DNA from: a plasmid
Sequence record: NZ_CP019031.1
Length of the DNA: 33,413 nucleotides
Strand: one strand, 5' to 3'
Below, piece after piece: positions 15,677 to 23,694 of the stretch (position 1 is the first letter of the stretch; each line of letters begins with the position of its first letter). The position numbers and the translations under genes were made by a program. The notes under the pieces were generated by a model. The model worked only from the letters and a program-made list of their open reading frames with translations. It ran no database searches and was not told where the DNA came from.

Positions 15677-18600
15677 ATGAGTAATAAATCCAGGCATCGT
15701 CGACTTTTATTTATGATGGGACTAGTCTTATTTTCGTTATTAGGGTCAATATGGATATCATCTAATAGTGGTATGACCGTATATGCTGATAGCAAGACAA
15801 ATATTACTCAGAACGGTACGGGGTCCGGGACTGTTATTAATCAACAGGAAGAACCGCAGATAAGTACCGTTAATAGTAATACCACAGATAATACTAGTTC
15901 TTCGGACGATCAGACGTCTCAGAAGCAAGTTACTAATACAGAAGCACAACCGAGAGCACCAACTAACAATAATCAACCAGTTCAGGAGGACCGTAATTAT
16001 ATAAGTAATAGTCAATACTCAACTTCTAATGGTGGGGCTAATACTAATCAGGGCCCATCAGTTAATAGTATTTCTAAGAGTAATAGTTCCCCATCTGCAT
16101 ATAATAAAGGAACTAGCGTTGATATTACTATTAGCAATCCCCAATTAACCACTAATAGTATTGAAGGACGCTTTGCCACTGAATTTAAATTCGATTTCTC
16201 AGTTCCAGATTCAGCCAAATCTGGGGATACAACAACTATTTCATTACCGGATCAGTTAGATTTCCAACGATCTCAGAAGTTTAATATTTATGCACTTGAT
16301 GGCAAAACTGTTGTAGCTACAGCAGTTATCGATAAGCCCAGTAGATCACTTGTTCTGACCTACACCGATTACGTTGATTCACATGACTCAATAAGTGGCC
16401 ATATTGATATGCAAGTAACGGCCGCTACAAGTGAAATTAATAAAGAAGAGACCATACCGGCGGAAATCAAGATTAATGGGCACACCGTTACGATTGATAG
16501 TTCTGGTATAAAACACAGACCTTCCAAGGGTGATACAGCAACAGACTTTTGGAAGTACGGATATGTTGATTATGACAATAACAAGAATGAAATTGTCTAT
16601 CACGTCAACATTAACGCATCTATGCAAAGTGTCAGTAATGTAGTCATCTCTGATAGTTTGGCTTCAAATGGTTTTTCTTATGTGCCCGGAAGTTTTTCTA
16701 TTTCTAAAGGGAATTGGGAAAGAAATTCTGAGAACTATTGGACATTGAGCAATCCACAAGATGTGACAAGCCAATATAACATTGATATTAATTCAAGCAA
16801 TAGTGCTTATACAGTGAAATTGGGCAATATATCTGAGGGTTATGCAATTGTCTACCGGGTTAAGTCAAACCATCCATTACTTAATGGCGAACTGGTCGAG
16901 AATGATGTTAGCTATAAATCTAATAAGAAGGTAATAAACAGTTCTATAAATAGAGTTCTTTACCAAGAGGCTAATGGCAAAGCTAATGGATATAATTATA
17001 GTTTAACTATAAATAAAGAGGATGAATCTGGAGCCCCACTTGCAAATGCTGTTTTTTCTGTTATTCGCAAGTCAACTAATGGGGTTGTTGGAACCATAAC
17101 TACTGGTCCTGATGGTAAAGGAACAATATATGGTCTTCTAAAAGATGATTATATTATACGTGAAACTTCGGCTCCATCGGGATACACATTGGCTAAAGAT
17201 GTTATTGTTTCAGCTGATAGTTTCGACTCTAAGGGAGCAACAGCAACGATCACAGATAAGAAAGCTGTTACCACCGTTTCAGGTACAAAGACTTGGAAAG
17301 ATAATGATGATCAAGACGGCAAGCGCCCTGATTCAATCAAGGTAAACTTATTAGCTAATGGTAAGGTTGTTCAGAGTAAGACAGTGAAGGCATCAGACAA
17401 CTGGAAGTACAGCTTCACTAACTTACCTGAATTTGAAAATGGTAAGAAGATTACCTACACAGTTATGGAAGACGCAGTTGCGGGGTACACAAGTACTATC
17501 GATGGTTACAACATAACTAACAACCACACTCCTGCCACCGTCAAGGTATCCGGAACCAAGACTTGGAACGATAACAACAATCAAGATGGAATCCGCCCAA
17601 GTTCAATCACAGTGAACTTATTGGCCAATGGTCAACAAGTCGCAAGTAAGACGGTAAGCGCTAGTGATAACTGGCAGTACAGTTTTGACAACCTAGCTGC
17701 TTATGCTAATGGTCAAAAGATTACCTACACAGTTACGGAAGATGCAGTTGCGGGGTACACAAGTACTGTTGATGGTTACAACGTAACCAACAACCACACT
17801 CCTGCCACCGTCAAGGTATCTGGAGCCAAGACTTGGAACGATAACAACAATCAAGATGGAATTCGCCCAAGTTCAATCACAGTGAACTTATTGGCCAATG
17901 GTCAACAAGTCGCAAGTAAGACGGTAAGCGCTAGTGATAACTGGCAGTACAGTTTTGACAACCTAGCTGCTTATGCTAATGGTCAAAAGATTACCTACAC
18001 AGTTACGGAAGACGCAGTTGCGGGGTACACAAGTACTGTTGATGGTTACAACGTAACCAACAACCACACTCCTGCCACTGTTAAGGTATCCGGAACCAAG
18101 ACTTGGAAGGATAACAACAATCAAGATGGAATCCGCCCAAGTTCAATCACCGTGAACTTATTGGCCAATGGTCAACAAGTCGCAAGTAAGACGGTAAGCG
18201 CTAGTGATAACTGGCAATATAGTTTTGACAACCTAGCTGCTTATGCTAATGGTCAAAAGATTACCTACACAGTTACGGAAGATGCAGTTGCGGGGTACAC
18301 AAGTACTGTTGATGGTTACAACGTAACCAACAACCACACTCCTGCCACCGTCAAGGTATCCGGAACCAAGACTTGGAACGATAACAACAATCAAGATGGA
18401 ATTCGCCCAAGTTCAATCACAGTGAACTTATTGGCCAATGGTCAACAAGTCGCAAGCAAGACGGTTAGTGCTAGTGATAACTGGCAATACAGTTTCGACA
18501 ACTTAGCCGCTTACGCTAATGGTCAGAAGATTACCTACACGGTAACGGAAAATGCAGTTGCGGGGTACACAAGTACTGTTGATGGTTACAATATTACTAA

Positions 18601-18847
18601 TACCCATAATCCGACAACACCTAAGAAGCCCCAGGTTCCTAATAACCCGACAACGCCTAAGAAGCCTCAAGTTCCTAATAATGGGAATAAGGTAACACCA
18701 AAGGCTTACACTCAAGGTAAAACCTACGAAAAAACAGGTAAATTACCTCAAACAGGTAATGAATCATCAATGGGTATGATGTTAATTGGACTAGTGACGT
18801 TATTGCTAAGCTTGGGTTTAGTAGTTATAAATAGATTTACTATTTGA
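15677..18847 (+). CDS. Sortase-anchored collagen-binding MSCRAMM-type adhesin, 1057 aa, with five Cna-B-type repeats.
   Basis: GGAGG RBS. Signal peptide, then a Ser/Thr/Asn-rich region, then an A-domain with Cna-like collagen-binding-domain features. Five 90-aa B-type repeats (GTKTWNDNNNQDGIRPSSITVNLLANGQQV...KITYTVTEDAVAGYTST). A PTTPKKPQVPNN x2 motif. LPQTG followed by a hydrophobic segment and a basic tail. Confidence 0.85.
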   Translation: MSNKSRHRRLLFMMGLVLFSLLGSIWISSNSGMTVYADSKTNITQNGTGSGTVINQQEEPQISTVNSNTTDNTSSSDDQTSQKQVTNTEAQPRAPTNNNQPVQEDRNYISNSQYSTSNGGANTNQGPSVNSISKSNSSPSAYNKGTSVDITISNPQLTTNSIEGRFATEFKFDFSVPDSAKSGDTTTISLPDQLDFQRSQKFNIYALDGKTVVATAVIDKPSRSLVLTYTDYVDSHDSISGHIDMQVTAATSEINKEETIPAEIKINGHTVTIDSSGIKHRPSKGDTATDFWKYGYVDYDNNKNEIVYHVNINASMQSVSNVVISDSLASNGFSYVPGSFSISKGNWERNSENYWTLSNPQDVTSQYNIDINSSNSAYTVKLGNISEGYAIVYRVKSNHPLLNGELVENDVSYKSNKKVINSSINRVLYQEANGKANGYNYSLTINKEDESGAPLANAVFSVIRKSTNGVVGTITTGPDGKGTIYGLLKDDYIIRETSAPSGYTLAKDVIVSADSFDSKGATATITDKKAVTTVSGTKTWKDNDDQDGKRPDSIKVNLLANGKVVQSKTVKASDNWKYSFTNLPEFENGKKITYTVMEDAVAGYTSTIDGYNITNNHTPATVKVSGTKTWNDNNNQDGIRPSSITVNLLANGQQVASKTVSASDNWQYSFDNLAAYANGQKITYTVTEDAVAGYTSTVDGYNVTNNHTPATVKVSGAKTWNDNNNQDGIRPSSITVNLLANGQQVASKTVSASDNWQYSFDNLAAYANGQKITYTVTEDAVAGYTSTVDGYNVTNNHTPATVKVSGTKTWKDNNNQDGIRPSSITVNLLANGQQVASKTVSASDNWQYSFDNLAAYANGQKITYTVTEDAVAGYTSTVDGYNVTNNHTPATVKVSGTKTWNDNNNQDGIRPSSITVNLLANGQQVASKTVSASDNWQYSFDNLAAYANGQKITYTVTENAVAGYTSTVDGYNITNTHNPTTPKKPQVPNNPTTPKKPQVPNNGNKVTPKAYTQGKTYEKTGKLPQTGNESSMGMMLIGLVTLLLSLGLVVINRFTI
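17261..18610 (+). repeat. Five 270-bp tandem repeats inside the adhesin gene.
   Basis: Unit boundaries at 17261, 17531, 17801, 18071 and 18341. Copies 2-5 are nearly identical at the nucleotide level. Copy 1 is divergent. Confidence 0.85.
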
Positions 18848-18932
18848 TCATGATTGAATGATCGTAAGCACTCCACAACGAACTGGGTTGAATCTTAACC
18901 ATTGATGGTATTTCAGATCCCTGGGTTCAAAC

Positions 18933-18986
18933 AAAAATAGCGGGCGACCAACGCAATTTTCTGCGTTAGTCGCCCGCTTTAGTTTC
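18933..18986. terminator. Bidirectional intrinsic terminator between the convergent adhesin and immunity genes.
   Basis: AGCGGGCGAC ... GTCGCCCGCT: a 10-bp GC-rich stem with A-run and T-run flanks. Confidence 0.6.
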
Positions 18987-19138
18987 TCTATTAAACACGA
19001 CACATGGCCTGAATTTCTGGAGCCCCCGGTAAATAAGCCTCAATATCTGGCGTGTTACGTTGCGTGTTAACAACCGTTAGTAATGGTTAAAAAACCTAAG
19101 GGGTATTGTACGAGAGGGCTTGCTACTTATTTCATTTC

Positions 19139-19642
19139 TTATGAGTTCATATACCAAAATTCGCTACCGTTTGTTAGTAAATAATTATTCAACCATTCAG
19201 TAAAGCCAATGTGGAAATATTTATTTAATTCATCAGGATATAATAAATAATCTTCTTGGTTTTCATATCGTTCCAAATTAAGTATTAGTTGACCGATATC
19301 TTGTAGTTCTAGAATTGGGAGAAGTTTATCCCACTCCGGGTAAAATCCTGAGCTTCTTAAAAATTCTCGCCAATGTAATACTTCTTGAATCGAATAGATT
19401 TTACATTTTTGGATATACTTTCCATCAGTAAATAACTCTGCACCATTTATTTGACTTATAAAGGCTAAATAATCGTTGGGAAGAGAGTAATTAATTTTAT
19501 CAAACTTTTTTAAATCAGCCTGAGTTGCTTTAGCTTTTAATCGAAAACCAACATTCATTGGTAAAGATCCAGAAACATAAATTTTATAGTCACTAACTTG
19601 AGACATTGTTTTGAGAGAATTTACAATTGAATCTATTTCCAT
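19139..19642 (-). CDS. SUKH (SMI1/KNR4)-family immunity protein, 167 aa.
   Basis: YSLPNDYLAFISQINGAELF matches the SUKH-1 LPxDYxxFLxxxNGG signature. AAGGTG RBS. It starts 12 nt after the upstream toxin-domain gene. Confidence 0.55.
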   Translation of the reverse strand: MEIDSIVNSLKTMSQVSDYKIYVSGSLPMNVGFRLKAKATQADLKKFDKINYSLPNDYLAFISQINGAELFTDGKYIQKCKIYSIQEVLHWREFLRSSGFYPEWDKLLPILELQDIGQLILNLERYENQEDYLLYPDELNKYFHIGFTEWLNNYLLTNGSEFWYMNS

Positions 19643-19654
19643 ATATTTAGCACC

Positions 19655-20020
19655 TTAATAGTTTCTAAACCAACTTGTTATTAAATAATGATTTGCATTG
19701 GGAACAGGGAGTAAATTATTAAAATCATCTGTACCATCATAAATTCTTGGACGAATATGATGAATTTGTCGAACAGACCACCAATCAGCAGATTGAGTAC
19801 CATAAGTAGCATTAAATTGATTAATAAAAGCTTGGCGTCCATTCCAACTAGGAGACTGACCTAGCCGAGTCCAATCTGTTCTAAGCGGAGACTCTGCATC
19901 TTTATGCGAGACTGGATCAACATATTCTGGAAAATTCTGGGCTAATTTATTTTGTAATTCAATAGGTCCTTGAGTTATGGGATAAAAAGCAACATTCCCC
20001 GAAGTAGACTTTAAAGACAT
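19655..20020 (-). CDS. Stand-alone HNH/EndoVII-fold nuclease toxin domain of the xHH ([AGS]HH-like) type, 121 aa.
   Basis: QIHHIRPRIYDG...DDFNNLLPVPNANHYL shows an HH dyad, a central Asn and a distal His in ββα-Me spacing. In-frame stops lie upstream. Weak RBS. It looks like an orphan C-terminal toxin module. Confidence 0.45.
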   Translation of the reverse strand: MSLKSTSGNVAFYPITQGPIELQNKLAQNFPEYVDPVSHKDAESPLRTDWTRLGQSPSWNGRQAFINQFNATYGTQSADWWSVRQIHHIRPRIYDGTDDFNNLLPVPNANHYLITSWFRNY

Positions 20021-20172
20021 CCAGTTTATTTAATTTTACCATTTGTACAATCCCAAACCAGATCGTATTAGCCTTTGCGCTTGCCGTTGGTTTTGTGAAC
20101 AGACTTATTCTTTCGCACCAGCGTTCTTGATTGTTTCCTCGATTAACTAGTCGGCTTTGTGTTTCTAGGGCG

Positions 20173-21522
20173 TTAGCTTTTCACAACCGGGGTCTTAAAA
20201 AGATCATTCAAGGCTTCAGACATTGTTGGATGAGTATAGATCATGTCGCGTAATCTTTCGTAAGGTAATTTGGCCTTCATTGCCAATGCAATTAGATTGA
20301 TGGTTTCATGAGCCTCAGCGGCATACAATGTTGCCCCCAAAATAAGGTGTGTTTTTTGATCAACGATTACCTTATAAAGCCCGCGTTGATCCTCCAAGAC
20401 CCGGGCCTTTGGAATCGCCTTAACTGATAGCTTGAAAGTTTGAAAGTTATAACCTGCACTCTTGGCCTGACGTTCATTTAAGCCAACGTTGGCCAGTGGT
20501 GGATTTAGGAACGAAGCAGTCGGTATCACCATTCGATCAGCCGTTGAGCGATCCCCCTTACCAAACAATTGATCTATGATAATACGAAAATCATCCAATG
20601 AGACATAAGTGAACATAGGACCACCATTAACGTCCCCTAAAGCCCAAATGTTTTGTACTGTGGTTCTTAAATGATCATCGACCTGAATAGCACCGCGATT
20701 GGTTAAAGCAATATCAGTATTTTCTAGTCCTAAACTACTTACATTAGGCCGCCGACCGACTGCAACTAATAACGCATCAAATTCTGCAGTGTTAGTTTGA
20801 TCACCTTGTTGATAATATAATGTAACCTTCTCACCATTATCTTTTACTTGAGTTAGTTGAGTCTCCAGTTTAATCTCGATCCCTGCGTTAGTCAGATCTG
20901 TTACGACCTCGGTCGCAATATCAGGATCTTCGCGCTCTAACAATCTGGTATGTTGGTCGAAAATCGTTACATGTGTACCAAAGGAATTAAACATTCCAGC
21001 AAATTCAAGGCCAATATAACCGCCGCCAATAATTGCTAGTCGTTTCGGTTGTTTCTTCAATTCCATAGCTTCTTTAGACGTAAAAATCCGCTGACCGAAT
21101 TCTAGCCCTGGGATTGATGGCCAATTTGGAACCGCTCCAGTATTAATGAAGATGCGTTCACCTCTCACCTTCTTAGTTGTTCCATCACTCATTACGACTG
21201 CCAAAACATAATTGTCGATAAAACGGGCTGACCCATTCCAAACCGTTGCTAGTGGCTCATCAGCCACCATGTGATAGTTTTTGTCTCGCAACTGTCTGGT
21301 CATCTCACCACGCTTATTAACTGCCGTAGTAAAGTCTAAGCCACGTTGACCATTTAAAATTAAATTTTTAGATGGTAGGCAGCCAACATTGATGCAAGTT
21401 CCTCCGTACATTTGTTTAGACCGTTCGATCAGAAGCACGGTCTCATCATGCTGCGCCAAGTACTTAGCTAATGTCTTACCCGCCTTACCAAATCCAATAA
21501 TAATATTTTTAAATTTATCCAT
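20173..21522 (-). CDS. Class I FAD-dependent pyridine-nucleotide-disulfide oxidoreductase, 449 aa.
   Basis: GFGKAGK FAD-binding motif. Redox-active GGTCINVGCLPSK. A second dinucleotide-binding motif IIGGGYIGLE. C-terminal dimerisation-domain His/Pro region. Confidence 0.8.
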   Translation of the reverse strand: MDKFKNIIIGFGKAGKTLAKYLAQHDETVLLIERSKQMYGGTCINVGCLPSKNLILNGQRGLDFTTAVNKRGEMTRQLRDKNYHMVADEPLATVWNGSARFIDNYVLAVVMSDGTTKKVRGERIFINTGAVPNWPSIPGLEFGQRIFTSKEAMELKKQPKRLAIIGGGYIGLEFAGMFNSFGTHVTIFDQHTRLLEREDPDIATEVVTDLTNAGIEIKLETQLTQVKDNGEKVTLYYQQGDQTNTAEFDALLVAVGRRPNVSSLGLENTDIALTNRGAIQVDDHLRTTVQNIWALGDVNGGPMFTYVSLDDFRIIIDQLFGKGDRSTADRMVIPTASFLNPPLANVGLNERQAKSAGYNFQTFKLSVKAIPKARVLEDQRGLYKVIVDQKTHLILGATLYAAEAHETINLIALAMKAKLPYERLRDMIYTHPTMSEALNDLFKTPVVKS

Positions 21523-21859
21523 TGTTTTACCCGCCTTTTACTAGTCATTTATTATTGCACTTATTATAAGTAAGTAAAGTATCAAAAGCAATTTGTATGC
21601 TCGATCACCTGTTTATCTGACTTGGCTTTATAGTCATCATTTCACCATCTTATTTGTCTTTTACCACAGTTTTCCCTCTAGTAGCTGATTTTATGACCTT
21701 CTTTACTTTTATAATCGTACTGTCTGGTAGGGTTTGCGCCCGCTCTTGGACCGCCCTACTGGACGCTTGTCATTTCCCATTGCAGCAGTATTATTAGCCT
21801 TGCTTGCTGACCTTGCTAGGGTTGTAGCTTTCCTTTGCTGTCAAGAGCAGTTTTATTGC

Positions 21860-22219
21860 TCTTGGTTGATTTTTAATTTCCTTGTATAATGGATTGAGCA
21901 AGAAGTTTTAAGGGCGGTGGCTGTCTTTTCCCTTGTGAGGTGAGGCCCATGGGAACATGGAATAATCTTCAGGAAGGTTTCACAGTCGATGAGCGTCTTC
22001 CAGACACTCTCGTTGATGTTGCTGTTTGGCACGTTTTTAATCGCGCTCCTCAGCTATATCGACAAGCACCACAAATAAAAAAGCCGCCCTGCGTAACTTT
22101 GGTCGGTTACAGGGCGACAATGTAGTTTTGTAATCTAGGCCACCGCCTTTGAAGCGGCTTGCACGGGAAGTCCTGTTTTCGGCGGGGCTTCCTTTTTCTG
22201 TTTATATTATAGCATGACC
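21860..22219 (+). repeat. Direct repeat copy 2, with a promoter, a 61-aa ORF and a terminator.
   Basis: -35 TTGGTT (21862), 17-nt spacer, -10 TATAAT (21885). ORF 21940-22125. Terminator at 22165-22197. Most of the differences from copy 1 cluster in the final 60 bp. Confidence 0.8.
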
Positions 22220-22231
22220 TTTAAAAACTGG

Positions 22232-23356
22232 CTAACGCTTTAAACTTTGATCCAGTTCGGATTTGGGTTGTTTGATCTCCGGATTCTGTTCAGCAAAGGC
22301 TTGCAGCTGTTTTTGCGTTCGATTACTGATTTCTTCGTGTATCTCATGTAACTGGTTTTTAAATTGTGCTTTTTGTTGTGAATTAGTCGTTTGCTGAACT
22401 TGTTGCTGCAAGCCTTGATAGGACTTATTAAGATCATGGGCTGATAGCTTTTTTAGATCATGCTCAGGCTCTTTTTGGGCTTCTTGTAAGCCTAATTGTT
22501 TGGTTAACCCGTCACTAAGCTCAATCACTTTGTTACTAACTTGCTGGATTTCACTTAAAGCACTATGGATCACGGCTTTATCTTTAGCCCAGGTGGCCAC
22601 GTAACCGAGTGAGTAGTTGCTGGTATCAACGCCAATATTTTGCATGGCAACATAGGCGACCGCTTCGGCCTGGGTTTCCTGATAGGCTCGTGGCCGATCT
22701 TTAAAGGCTGATTTTAAGCCGTGTAGCTGGCTATGCGCATATTCGTGATATAACGTCTTCAGTTTCAAGGCATTGTCAGGCTCATCGCTACCGATGACGA
22801 TTTCATTAGTGCTGGGTTGAAAATAGCCTTTAGCGCCACCAAGTTCTGACAATCTCTTTTCACTGACTTTAATATCAGTATTGTTATTCAAATAATTTTT
22901 GAGTTCGTTATATAGGTTAGTAACGTTTTTATGATCCGCTAAGTTTTCTTTGACAAAATCTTTAGCACTTAGGACTGGTTCGCCGCTTGTCTGTGATATG
23001 TCAAATACTGGAATATAGCGATAACCAACTATGGCTTTTTCTTCGGTCGTATCAAGCCTTTTCTGATCCTCTGGAGTTAGTTTTTTAATAATAGGGGCCG
23101 CAATCCTGATCCCTTTTTCTCCTTTATTTACTGATCGTTTAAAATCATTCTGCCATTTCTTAAAGCCTGCAACTTGGCTGGCACTTGGATTTTGAGAATA
23201 GATAAGGTCAATATTACGTTGGCTATACCGGTGAAACTTTGCTACGGTATCAAGATAACTTTTAAATTTTTCACTATCAGTTAGTTTTAAAATTTCTTTT
23301 TCGGCATTTTCGACAAGCTGCCTTTTCCATTTTTCAGTTTCAACTTTACTTGGCAT
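22232..23356 (-). CDS. ArdC-like antirestriction protein with an N-terminal ssDNA-binding domain and a C-terminal HExxH metalloprotease-like domain.
   Basis: YSQRNIDLIYSQNPSASQVAGFKKWQ is an ArdC-N-like block. HEYAH is a zincin motif. GGAGGG RBS. It is the last gene of the transfer operon. Confidence 0.65.
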   Translation of the reverse strand: MPSKVETEKWKRQLVENAEKEILKLTDSEKFKSYLDTVAKFHRYSQRNIDLIYSQNPSASQVAGFKKWQNDFKRSVNKGEKGIRIAAPIIKKLTPEDQKRLDTTEEKAIVGYRYIPVFDISQTSGEPVLSAKDFVKENLADHKNVTNLYNELKNYLNNNTDIKVSEKRLSELGGAKGYFQPSTNEIVIGSDEPDNALKLKTLYHEYAHSQLHGLKSAFKDRPRAYQETQAEAVAYVAMQNIGVDTSNYSLGYVATWAKDKAVIHSALSEIQQVSNKVIELSDGLTKQLGLQEAQKEPEHDLKKLSAHDLNKSYQGLQQQVQQTTNSQQKAQFKNQLHEIHEEISNRTQKQLQAFAEQNPEIKQPKSELDQSLKR

Positions 23357-23358
23357 GA

Positions 23359-23574
23359 TTAACCCTCCTCGGCGTCTACAAACTCTACAGAATTATCAAT
23401 TTGCAGTAACTTGATAGATTGTGTGCCGTAAAGTGCTAAATATTCGGCATTCTTTTTTTGCCACGCAACTTGAATATATTTGCCATTACCCGCAACTTCT
23501 GATAGGTACTTATAACTGCTTTTATCCGTTAAAATAGGTAATTCGCTTGCTAATGCTTCCAGTTCATTTTTCAT
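23359..23574 (-). CDS. Small hypothetical protein, 71 aa.
   Basis: GGAGG RBS. Lies between the topoisomerase and ArdC-like genes. Confidence 0.4.
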   Translation of the reverse strand: MKNELEALASELPILTDKSSYKYLSEVAGNGKYIQVAWQKKNAEYLALYGTQSIKLLQIDNSVEFVDAEEG

Positions 23575-23694
23575 GATATATCCTCCTTCTTTTACAATTA
23601 CACTCGTTGGTTAGGTTCACTTTTTGGTTTTTGAAAAGTAAACCTAAATGACGGGTTCACCAACCGGAACGTAGTGTAGGGCGGTAGGTAGGTT

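Noticed and set aside
15511-18715. Several short ORFs antisense to or overlapping the adhesin gene (15511-15795, 15758-16015, 16388-16627, 17145-17345, 18503-18715).
   Set aside because: They lie inside a long, motif-supported CDS. The repeated ones simply mirror the 270-bp tandem repeats.
21690-21790. Minus-strand fragment translating to ...KRPVGRSKSGRKPYQTVRL*, resembling the GRKPQYTQ segment of the resolvase.
   Set aside because: It is too short and degenerate to call a third resolvase remnant with confidence. It may be chance similarity.
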